Source of the DNA: an uncultured virus (IMG/VR IMGVR_UViG_3300042691_048960)
Lineage: Duplodnaviria; Heunggongvirae; Uroviricota; Caudoviricetes
Length of the DNA: 20,000 nt
IMG/VR virus record: IMGVR_UViG_3300042691_048960
Strand: one strand, 5' to 3'
How positions within the stretch are numbered: the stretch's first letter is position 1; each line of letters begins with the position of its first letter. A program made the position numbers and the translations under genes. Below are positions 8,268-15,257 of this stretch, one piece after another. The notes below the pieces were generated by a model. The model saw only the letters and a list, made by a program, of their open reading frames with translations. It made no database searches and was not told where the DNA came from.

Positions 8268-9929
8268 TTACTCCCCAGCCTCTTCAAACAGCGGCATCGT
8301 TGTGGCTGGTTTTGATTTTTTGGTGGTTTTCTCTTCTGGTTCTTCCTTCGCCATTGGCAGATTCTGCACATTCAGCGAGTAGTCGTCTTTTCCCCATTCG
8401 CACTTATTCAGCACTGTGCGCGGTATTTTTTTGAGGGTCAGGTTCGGGAACTCATCAGCCTTCACACGGAATGCACCGCAACATATTAACAGACTGCGGT
8501 TATCACCGACTTCCTGTGAAATCGTCGCAAGCTGCGCCTGATCCATCGTCTGCGTGGTGACATAAATGAAATCGGTTTCGGTCGATGCGCCATGAATCCA
8601 GTAATGCTCATCACTCGGCGCATACTTAAAGCCCATGATTTTGCACAGAGCTTCGGAAAGCATCGCAGGGTTAAATTCTTTGCTGATAATCCAGTTACCC
8701 CAGCGGTCTTTCTCCAACATGGAAGGGGCAAGGTTATAATAGCGGAAACCGCCGCCGCCTTTCCATTCCACCGCCTTGCTGATGCCGCCTTGATCTTCGC
8801 CGTCAATCACCTTTTTCAGGCGTGGAGCGATATGGGTATGGCAGTGCTCACCCAGTTCCACCATTATCCACTTGCGTCCCATCTTATGCGCTACTGCACC
8901 AGTGGTGCCTGAGCCGCCGAAGGAATCGAGCACTAGGTCGCCTGGAGTAGTCGCTAGATGGAGTATTCTCTGAATTAACCTTTCTGGCTTAGGAGTAGCA
9001 AAGACATCTGATAATTCAGGGAAAATTAATTTTACTTCCTTTTTGGCTTCATCATTATGGCCAACGTCCTTATATTCCCACCATGTAGTGCTTGGCACAG
9101 AATCTGAAACTTCGTTTAGAAACCTTTTTAAGCGCGGGACATTGTTTCCGCTTTCTCCGAACCAAATTCTGTTCTCGGCGACGAGTTCTTCATATTTCTC
9201 TTTCGTAAATCTCCAGCTGGTGCCTTTAGGAGGCATGTGTGAACGCCCTGAAGGGCCGATTATCGGATAAATTGCATAATCTCTTGCTTCGTTTCTAAGC
9301 AGGTCGCCTGAAGTCCATGGTCCGCGTGGATCATTATCTTGATTCTTATACCTAGCATCTTGAGCGTCTGTTCGAGGAAGACGGTTTAGAACAAATTTTT
9401 CCTTATTTTTTGCATAGATTATGACGTAATCATGCGACTCAGAAAGATACTTTGAATCACTTTTAGCACCGTATTTTTTCTGCCAAAGTGCGGTGGCAAC
9501 AAAATTCATCCTGCCAAACACCTCATCACAAAGCACTTTCAAATAGTGGGCTTCGTTATCATCAATCGTAATCCATATTGAGCCTTCATTCGCCATTAGA
9601 CGTTTAAGAATTTCCAAGCGGTCACGCATCAAACTAAGCCAAATGGAATGCTCAATACCATCGTCATAATGCTCAAATGCCGAGCCGGTGTTGTAAGGCG
9701 GGTCGATGAAAACGCATTTCACTTCACCCGCGTAATCAGCCTCCAATGCGCGCAGGGCAAGTAAGTTATCGCCATGAATCAGTACATTATCAAAAACATC
9801 ATTCTCACTATGACGCTGCTTTGCATGATAGGACAGCTTGGTATCTTCAAGCAGAATGCGCGGCTCCAGCTTCGGCGTTTTTTCTTTGCCAATCCATGTT
9901 AATTCGAGCTTTTGTTTTTTCGCTGCCAT
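8268..9929 (-). CDS. mod: Type III restriction-modification methyltransferase subunit (beta-class N6A/N4C MTase)
   Basis: 553 aa. N-terminal KLELTWIGKE and NVLIHGDNL; catalytic FIDPPYNTG precedes the central TRD; TPKPERLI; SAM-binding DSFGGSGTT; GGGFRYY. Confidence 0.92.
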   Translation of the reverse strand: MAAKKQKLELTWIGKEKTPKLEPRILLEDTKLSYHAKQRHSENDVFDNVLIHGDNLLALRALEADYAGEVKCVFIDPPYNTGSAFEHYDDGIEHSIWLSLMRDRLEILKRLMANEGSIWITIDDNEAHYLKVLCDEVFGRMNFVATALWQKKYGAKSDSKYLSESHDYVIIYAKNKEKFVLNRLPRTDAQDARYKNQDNDPRGPWTSGDLLRNEARDYAIYPIIGPSGRSHMPPKGTSWRFTKEKYEELVAENRIWFGESGNNVPRLKRFLNEVSDSVPSTTWWEYKDVGHNDEAKKEVKLIFPELSDVFATPKPERLIQRILHLATTPGDLVLDSFGGSGTTGAVAHKMGRKWIMVELGEHCHTHIAPRLKKVIDGEDQGGISKAVEWKGGGGFRYYNLAPSMLEKDRWGNWIISKEFNPAMLSEALCKIMGFKYAPSDEHYWIHGASTETDFIYVTTQTMDQAQLATISQEVGDNRSLLICCGAFRVKADEFPNLTLKKIPRTVLNKCEWGKDDYSLNVQNLPMAKEEPEEKTTKKSKPATTMPLFEEAGE

Positions 9930-9937
9930 AATTCCCT

Positions 9938-12904
9938 CTAGTGTATGCTCCAGCTGACCTGGAAAATTTCTGTTACTTCATGCCGCGTGCTTTGCAGCTG
10001 TTTCTCGATCTGCTTAATCAGTGTGTCGCGTTTTTTGTCGATTTCATCCTGGGCGGTGTAAAGCTCATGACGCTTGGCGGTGCGGCGTTTTTCCTGCGCT
10101 GCTTTCTGGCGCTGGAATTCCAGCTTTTCACTTAATGCCACCATTTGCTTAGATTGACGGTCAAGCTCTCGGATGTCCTTATCGAGCTTCTTGATTTCCA
10201 GCTCCAAACCGTTTTTCAGATCTTCCGCCCAGCGGTCGAGCTTATCTAGCTCTTCATTAAAATAGCTGTGATTGTTGATTTCCGCTTCTTGAAGCATTTT
10301 GCCAGTGCGAGAGCGCACATCAGCTTCAATATGCTCGTTGAAAGGGCATGGCTTATGTTTTGTGTTAGTTTCCGCTGGAAGGAAAAAAAGTTTTTCAGCG
10401 ATTTCTGGTTTCAGCAAATTGTCATTTTCATCGCACACCGAGAAAAGCAACTGCGTGGATGTTTCAAAACTCTCGATGGTCAGCTGATGAAGTGAAAGCC
10501 AGCCTGATTTACCGATATAATCTTCCAGCATAGCAATGCGGTGCGGGTTGCCGGTGAGCTTGAAAGCAATGTGAGCGTGCGGCGTTTCCAGATCTTTAGC
10601 TGACTTGCACACCATCTCGCCCTCGATGCTGGATAGGCGGTGCGGGTATCCCGTCACAGGATGTTTCAGATCATCACTGCGGCGTTTGCGGCGCACGGCA
10701 ATAGCCAGTGGGTCGGTTTTCTCGGTAGGGCTTGTATCGACGTAATAATACATCGGCACTTTTTCATTGTCGTTTGCAGCGCGTTTTCCTGCGCTGATAA
10801 ACGCCTCATCGGTGCCAAAAATCATTTGGTCATCGTTAAAATAATAGCGGCTGTGATGATTGCTGTATTTTGACAGATAAACGAATTTCGTCAGTTCCCA
10901 GAACATGCGCGTCACTTCATCCACACGGCGGTCAGTGTTTTCTTTCTGGATTTTTAGGCGCTGATGCACATCTTCATCAAAATGCTCGAACAACATTTGC
11001 TTGGTTTGTGCGATACGCTCCTGAATCGGCTCGTCCAGCTCAACACGAAGTTTAGAGAATGCTTCCTCAATTTCCTCAGGCTTGCGGCAGGTTTCAAAGA
11101 TGTCCAAAATCCGCTTTTCAAAATCGATGCCTGATTCAATGCGACCAAGCACCTCATCGGACGCGCCGAAAACGCCATCAAACAACTGGAATTTTTCTTT
11201 CAGCAACTCATAGATGCGCTGATCTGCCCAGTTGGTTTGGTTCAGGAAGTTAATCACCACCACGTCATGCTTTTGACCGTAACGATGCACGCGGCCGATA
11301 CGCTGTTCCACGCGCTGCGGATTCCAAGGCAGGTCGTAATTCACCAGCAACGAGCAAAACTGTAGGTTTAAGCCTTCCGCTGCGGCTTCGGTGGCAATCA
11401 TAATTTCGCCTTCATCGCGGAAATAATCCACCAGCGCCATGCGCATATCTACGTTCTTTGCCCCAGTGATGCGGCCAGTCTTTTCATTTTTATCCAGCCA
11501 GTCACGATAGATGCCACGCGCCAGATCATCATCATTCGTGCCGTTGAACGTGACAATCTTGCCTTTGTAACCTTTCTCCGTGAGAAATTCTTTCAGGTAA
11601 CGCTGTGTACGGCTGGACTCGGTGAAAATCAGAGCCTTCTTTTCGGCGCCTAATTCCTTCATTCTCTTGAAGCCAATATCCAACGCTTTCAGTAATTCCT
11701 TGGCTTTGGATTCAACCTTTATTGAACGCGCCAGCGCAATGAAACCATCGATTTGCTGGATTTCAAATTGGAGCTTTTTCTGGTCAATCGGTTTGCCCTT
11801 GGCAGTTGGCTTGATAGGCTCAACCTCAGGCTCTTCCTCCAGATATTCGCTATCGAGGTCGTTTGCGGCAACGAATGCCGCGCGGATATTAAGCGGCTTT
11901 TCTTTGCCTGTTTCCGCCATATCTTCAAGGCGCTGCTTAATCGTTTTCAGCGTTCCAATCAGTGCATAGCTCGATGATGCCATGAGCTTGCGGATGATGA
12001 GCACGACGAGTTTGCGCTGTGCCCACGGTATCGCATAAGTGTCCTGTTCCAGCAGGAATGCAGATACCGCATCGTAAAGTTGCTGTTCTTCTTTGGAAGG
12101 AGTGAAGGGCTGCGTGACCGCTTCGCGCTTGGTGTAGCGGATATATTCCAGCACCTGACGTCGCAGGGTGCGTTTGATAAATGGCTGGATGCGGCGTTTC
12201 AGTTCCTCAGTGTTCGGCGTGCCGGCGACGTATGCCGCTTTGAAAGATTCCACACTACCAAACAAGCGGTCATCAATTAGGCTGGCAAGTCCGTAAAGCT
12301 CCATCAGTGAGTTTTGCAGCGGCGTTGCGGTCAACAGTACCTTGCGATAATCTTTGAGCGCTGCCTGAATATTTTTACCCATTTTATTATCAGGCTTATA
12401 GACATTCCGCAGTTTGTGAGCCTCATCGATGATTGCCAAATCCCAGCGCACACGAGCAATCTCATCCTGGAAGCGGCTGGCGAATTGATATGACACGATG
12501 ATGATTCCGTCGAACTCAAGCGGTGAAGCATCGCCTTTCTTGAGTTGGCGGAACGCATCACTTTCGATAATCGTGCTTTTTAGATTGAATTTTTCTTCCA
12601 GCTCTATCGACCATTGGCGGCGCAACGCTGCGGGGCAGATCACCAGCAAGCGGCGTTTATGCTCCGCCCAGAATTGGCAAAGCACAATACCAGCTTCAAT
12701 CGTTTTACCCAAGCCCACTTCATCCGCGAGCACAACGCCCTTTGACAAAGGTGAGCGGATGGCAAATAGAGCGGCTTCAACTTGGTGAGGATTCAGGTCA
12801 ACACAGGCATCGAACAAAGACGTGGACAGGCGATCGGCGTGCGTGGACGGGCCGATTTTCGTTAAATCATACGCATAGTATTTTGCATGGTACGCTGTTG
12901 TCAT
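9938..12904 (-). CDS. SNF2-family helicase/ATPase associated with Type III R-M
   Basis: 988 aa. LNPHQ, LADEVGLGKTIEAG, IIDEAHKLRN, LLTATPLQN, TEAAAEGLNLQ, YDLPWNPQRVEQRIGRVHRYGQ and a C-terminal coiled coil. Confidence 0.92.
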   Translation of the reverse strand: MTTAYHAKYYAYDLTKIGPSTHADRLSTSLFDACVDLNPHQVEAALFAIRSPLSKGVVLADEVGLGKTIEAGIVLCQFWAEHKRRLLVICPAALRRQWSIELEEKFNLKSTIIESDAFRQLKKGDASPLEFDGIIIVSYQFASRFQDEIARVRWDLAIIDEAHKLRNVYKPDNKMGKNIQAALKDYRKVLLTATPLQNSLMELYGLASLIDDRLFGSVESFKAAYVAGTPNTEELKRRIQPFIKRTLRRQVLEYIRYTKREAVTQPFTPSKEEQQLYDAVSAFLLEQDTYAIPWAQRKLVVLIIRKLMASSSYALIGTLKTIKQRLEDMAETGKEKPLNIRAAFVAANDLDSEYLEEEPEVEPIKPTAKGKPIDQKKLQFEIQQIDGFIALARSIKVESKAKELLKALDIGFKRMKELGAEKKALIFTESSRTQRYLKEFLTEKGYKGKIVTFNGTNDDDLARGIYRDWLDKNEKTGRITGAKNVDMRMALVDYFRDEGEIMIATEAAAEGLNLQFCSLLVNYDLPWNPQRVEQRIGRVHRYGQKHDVVVINFLNQTNWADQRIYELLKEKFQLFDGVFGASDEVLGRIESGIDFEKRILDIFETCRKPEEIEEAFSKLRVELDEPIQERIAQTKQMLFEHFDEDVHQRLKIQKENTDRRVDEVTRMFWELTKFVYLSKYSNHHSRYYFNDDQMIFGTDEAFISAGKRAANDNEKVPMYYYVDTSPTEKTDPLAIAVRRKRRSDDLKHPVTGYPHRLSSIEGEMVCKSAKDLETPHAHIAFKLTGNPHRIAMLEDYIGKSGWLSLHQLTIESFETSTQLLFSVCDENDNLLKPEIAEKLFFLPAETNTKHKPCPFNEHIEADVRSRTGKMLQEAEINNHSYFNEELDKLDRWAEDLKNGLELEIKKLDKDIRELDRQSKQMVALSEKLEFQRQKAAQEKRRTAKRHELYTAQDEIDKKRDTLIKQIEKQLQSTRHEVTEIFQVSWSIH

Positions 12905-13083
12905 TTCTTATCGTTTCTTTGTTTTTCAAGCCAATCCTCAATCTCCTTGCGTTTGAATCTCCACGAACCCCCAACTTTGAAGGCTGGAATTTTCCCTTCA
13001 GCAGCAAGGCGATAAATCGTCTTTTCTGCAATATGCAGAAAATCCGCGACCTCCTTGATTGTTATTAGCTCCGGCTTTGCCAC
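12901..13083 (-). CDS. Excisionase-like HTH_17 DNA-binding protein, resembling the MAD1-type regulator that heads methylation-associated defence operons
   Basis: 60 aa, LITIKEVADFLHIAEKTIYRLAAEGKIPAFKVGGSWRFKRKEIEDWL. GTG start; its stop overlaps the SNF2 start (ATGA). Confidence 0.85.
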   Translation of the reverse strand: MAKPELITIKEVADFLHIAEKTIYRLAAEGKIPAFKVGGSWRFKRKEIEDWLEKQRNDKK

Positions 13084-13164
13084 GCAAAAATCTCTTGTGT
13101 TTGCATTGATGCCAATGAAAATAGAGAAAAGTGAGAATTATTCCAGCTAAATCGCTGGCCTACC

Positions 13165-13196
13165 AAAAAATATAGCCGCGACATGGCGCGGCTATA
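13165..13196 (-). terminator. Rho-independent terminator downstream of the 99-aa gene, upstream of the defence operon
   Basis: Perfect 10-bp stem TATAGCCGCG (13171-13180) / CGCGGCTATA (13187-13196), 6-nt loop, followed on the minus strand by T6 (13165-13170). Confidence 0.8.
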
Positions 13197-13227
13197 AAAC
13201 ATCGCTTGCTGCGATTGTGGTCAACAC

Positions 13228-13527
13228 TCAATCCTCATCGCTTTTACCGCCATACATCACGCTCATGTACCGACAGTTTCCGAACTGACTGCCCATCTTG
13301 TTCACATGATCCATGAACATCGCAATGATCTCTGGCACGCTTATCGATTCCAACGATTGACCTGTTCGCCGCTTGTACTTTTCGAGTTTTTTCTTGAACC
13401 CATCGAAGACAGCGTGAATATGAGCATGTGGAAGTGCCGAAGTCATTTCTAACCACGATAGAAAATTCTGATCTGCCATACTTAAACGCTGTTCCTCGGT
13501 AGGTTTTAGTTCATGCACATTTGCCAT
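13228..13527 (-). CDS. Hypothetical protein (99 aa)
   Basis: ATG preceded by a strong SD GGGAGGT (13532-13538, minus strand) and followed by a terminator. No family recognised. Confidence 0.7.
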   Translation of the reverse strand: MANVHELKPTEEQRLSMADQNFLSWLEMTSALPHAHIHAVFDGFKKKLEKYKRRTGQSLESISVPEIIAMFMDHVNKMGSQFGNCRYMSVMYGGKSDED

Positions 13528-13655
13528 ACCGACCTCCCTAAATAACTGTTGTGCAAAGGTTTATAAGCCCCTTATTGTACAAAAAGGGAGGTGCATTCTA
13601 GCAACCTCTGATAGAATTGGCAATCTTTAATTCTAGCTATACGGGCATTATTTGC

Positions 13656-13916
13656 CTAGTTGCGGGATTTTTTCTGTCCGGCTTTATCGGAATCCTGCCC
13701 AAACAAAAGCCACTCAGGGGTAACTTCCAGTACCTTGCAGATTGCTGCCAGCTCGAAGTCTCGAAGCCCGCGCACACCGCGTTCGATTTCAGAGATACTG
13801 GTTTGCGAGATTTCGATACCATGATCGACGGAGAGGGCAGCAGCGAGTTCCACCTGATCGAGTTCCCGATCAATGCGTGATAGTTTTATTCTTTTTCCAC
13901 AAATGTTTGCCTTCAT
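13656..13916 (-). CDS. XRE-family HTH transcriptional regulator
   Basis: 86 aa, NICGKRIKLSRIDRELDQVELAAAL...ISQTSISEIERGVRGLRDFELAAICKVLEVTPEWLL. Confidence 0.85.
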   Translation of the reverse strand: MKANICGKRIKLSRIDRELDQVELAAALSVDHGIEISQTSISEIERGVRGLRDFELAAICKVLEVTPEWLLFGQDSDKAGQKKSRN

Positions 13917-14067
13917 AAGTTCCGCAGCCTACCCTTAGGTGCGGAACGCTAATGCTCATCGGAATTTCGCGTAGCGGGATTCCCAATAAATCAGTATTAT
14001 TTCCATTACCGCATTGTAATTTTATGTTTAATAAGGCTACCCCAATTGGTAGAAGGTACGTTTTATA

Positions 14068-14499
14068 ATGAGAAAAGCAGCGTCTAATAAAACAACAATA
14101 CAGCTGGATGACGTGGATATTCAGGTGGGTTGCCGTATCCGCGAGCGACGCAATGCGCTTGGCATGACACAGGAAGAGCTGGGCAAGGCACTGCGTGACA
14201 GCCTTTCTCACCAACAGATCCAAAAATACGAAAAGGGCGAGAACAGCATCAGCTGCGCGCGCCTGGTGCAAATCGCGGAAGCACTGGGTGTCACCGCTGG
14301 CAGTTTGCTGGAGGGTGTATCGGCCAAGTCAGGCAGTGGCGGGCTACATGAGCCGCCAGCTGCACCGTTTGAACACGAAACCACCTACGACAAGAAGGCT
14401 CTCAACCTAGCGATAGAGTCATTACCCAATGCCGACATGCGTAAGGCGGTCGTCGATTTCCTGAAGATCGTGTCGAATAACACCAAAAAATCAGCCTAA
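14068..14499 (+). CDS. XRE-family HTH transcriptional regulator, same subfamily as 109..483
   Basis: 143 aa, DIQVGCRIRERRNALGMTQEELG...SHQQIQKYEKGENSISCARLVQIAEALGV. SD-like GAAGG upstream. Divergent from 13656..13916. Confidence 0.88.
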   Translation: MRKAASNKTTIQLDDVDIQVGCRIRERRNALGMTQEELGKALRDSLSHQQIQKYEKGENSISCARLVQIAEALGVTAGSLLEGVSAKSGSGGLHEPPAAPFEHETTYDKKALNLAIESLPNADMRKAVVDFLKIVSNNTKKSA

Positions 14500-14515
14500 A
14501 AATCAGGCAAGGTTA

Positions 14516-14887
14516 TTACTTCTTTGTGCCTGTAATGAAGGTGGGCAAGAAATCTGGTTCATCCCAATCAGCAATATATTGCTCGGACAACGCATCGAGA
14601 GACTTTAGAAATTCTGGATCATCGATTCTTACCAAAGCAGTGAACAGTTTATTCACCACCTCTCTCATGAGACGTTTCATCTCATCATTGCTAATGCGCG
14701 ATAAATCATTCCACGCAATTTCTCCTGAGGGTGTAATTACTTTTACATCAGAAAAATCACCCGTCTGAGTGCGCGGCGTTTTACCTGCATGCAAGTCTTC
14801 AAGAAACGTATTTCTGACGCATGTCACAGCCAAGGCTTTTGCTAAAGCAGACTGGATAGAGTGATGATCGTTTTCTGCCTTGCTCAT
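14516..14887 (-). CDS. Hypothetical protein (about 123 aa)
   Basis: The ORF-track start at 14941 lies inside the tRNA, so the ATG at 14887 (MSKAEND...) is preferred. The core CVRNTFLEDLHAG...SDVKVITPSGEIAWNDLSRISNDEMK looks like a conserved proteobacterial hypothetical family. No clear SD. Confidence 0.65.
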   Translation of the reverse strand: MSKAENDHHSIQSALAKALAVTCVRNTFLEDLHAGKTPRTQTGDFSDVKVITPSGEIAWNDLSRISNDEMKRLMREVVNKLFTALVRIDDPEFLKSLDALSEQYIADWDEPDFLPTFITGTKK

Positions 14888-14909
14888 ACATGCCGCGAGA
14901 ATAGTGAGG

Positions 14910-14996
14910 TGGTGCCCCCGGTCAGACTCGAACTGACACATCCGTGAAGATAATGGATTTTGAATCCATCGCGTCTACCAATTCCACCACGGGGGC
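14910..14996 (-). tRNA. tRNA-Leu(CAA), complete, CCA encoded
   Basis: Minus strand GCCCCCGTGGTGGAATTGGTAGACGCGATGGATTCAAAATCCATTATCTTCACGGATGTGTCAGTTCGAGTCTGACCGGGGGCACCA, 87 nt. Acceptor GCCCCCG/CGGGGGC, anticodon arm ATGGA-TTCAAAA-TCCAT, long variable arm, T arm GTCAG-TTCGAGT-CTGAC. Confidence 0.95.
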
Positions 14997-15010
14997 GTTA
15001 TTTTTTGCTC

Positions 15011-15030
15011 GTGCCGACTATGTGCCGACT
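15011..15030. repeat. Tandem direct repeat GTGCCGACT x2 (11-bp period), candidate integrase arm-binding sites
   Basis: GTGCCGACT at 15011-15019 and 15022-15030, about 100 bp inside the putative att junction. The repeat is seen directly; the function is inferred. Confidence 0.5.
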
Positions 15031-15052
15031 GAACAGTTTTTACTCGTTTTTT

Positions 15053-15089
15053 CTAAAATCGGAAGGTCTTTATAACCATCTGATTTTAG
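15053..15089. repeat. Imperfect inverted repeat between the tRNA fragment and the intact tRNA
   Basis: CTAAAATC (15053-15060) / GATTTTAG (15082-15089), with further inner pairing GA/TC and GGT/ACC. Confidence 0.55.
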
Positions 15090-15135
15090 TCTTAAAATTC
15101 TACCCCAGAATACAATCATCTGCGAAGGACTCATG

Positions 15136-15177
15136 GGATTTTGAGTCCGGCGCGTCTACCAGTTCCACCACCGGGGC
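15136..15177 (-). pseudogene. Truncated 5' half of a second tRNA-Leu(CAA), probably the interrupted host gene (att junction)
   Basis: Minus strand GCCCCGGTGGTGGAACTGGTAGACGCGCCGGACTCAAAATCC, followed by unrelated sequence. 37/42 identical to the 5' half of the intact copy. No variable arm, T arm or acceptor 3' strand follows. Confidence 0.85.
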
Positions 15178-15191
15178 ATATGATTTGTGGC

Positions 15192-15219
15192 ACTATAAGC
15201 ATCTGGTCTGGTTGGTCAA
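15192..15219 (-). promoter_or_regulatory. Sigma70 stable-RNA-type promoter upstream of the truncated tRNA
   Basis: Minus strand TTGACC (15219-15214), 16-bp spacer, TATAGT (15197-15192), then GC-rich GCCAC. The -10 box ends 14 bp before the fragment's 5' end. Confidence 0.7.
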
Positions 15220-15257
15220 CCCTTGCCTTTCATCCACGAAAAATTTATGCTGTATGC

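Larger units (their letters stand above)
1..15135. mobile_element. Right part of a tRNA-Leu-integrated genomic (defence) island; left end and integrase not in the window
   Basis: Dense defence and regulator cargo, an abrupt switch to housekeeping genes at the tRNA fragment, att-like repeats, and visibly more AT-rich stretches than dsbB/coq7. Confidence 0.7.

Noticed and set aside
8268..9929. Phase-variable mod (phasevarion)
   Set aside because: No simple-sequence repeat tract was seen in or upstream of the gene, and the frame is intact.
5553..13083. Complete MADS, DISARM or BREX system
   Set aside because: Only the HTH and SNF2 resemble their components. No HsdM/HsdS-like, kinase, DrmA/B/C, PglZ or BrxC genes are present in the window.
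13118..13140. GAGAA direct repeats as binding sites for the HTH_17 protein
   Set aside because: Only two 5-bp copies in A-rich DNA, which is within chance.
13870..14271. 133-aa minus-strand ORF, and the many other short ORFs antisense to or nested in long genes
   Set aside because: They are shadow frames of well-supported genes, with no motifs or SD support.
14997..15135. Intron-split tRNA joining the 5' fragment to a downstream 3' exon
   Set aside because: The downstream copy is already complete. Its stems do not match the fragment (CCGGA cannot pair fully with TCCAT), and 139 bp shows no group I intron core.
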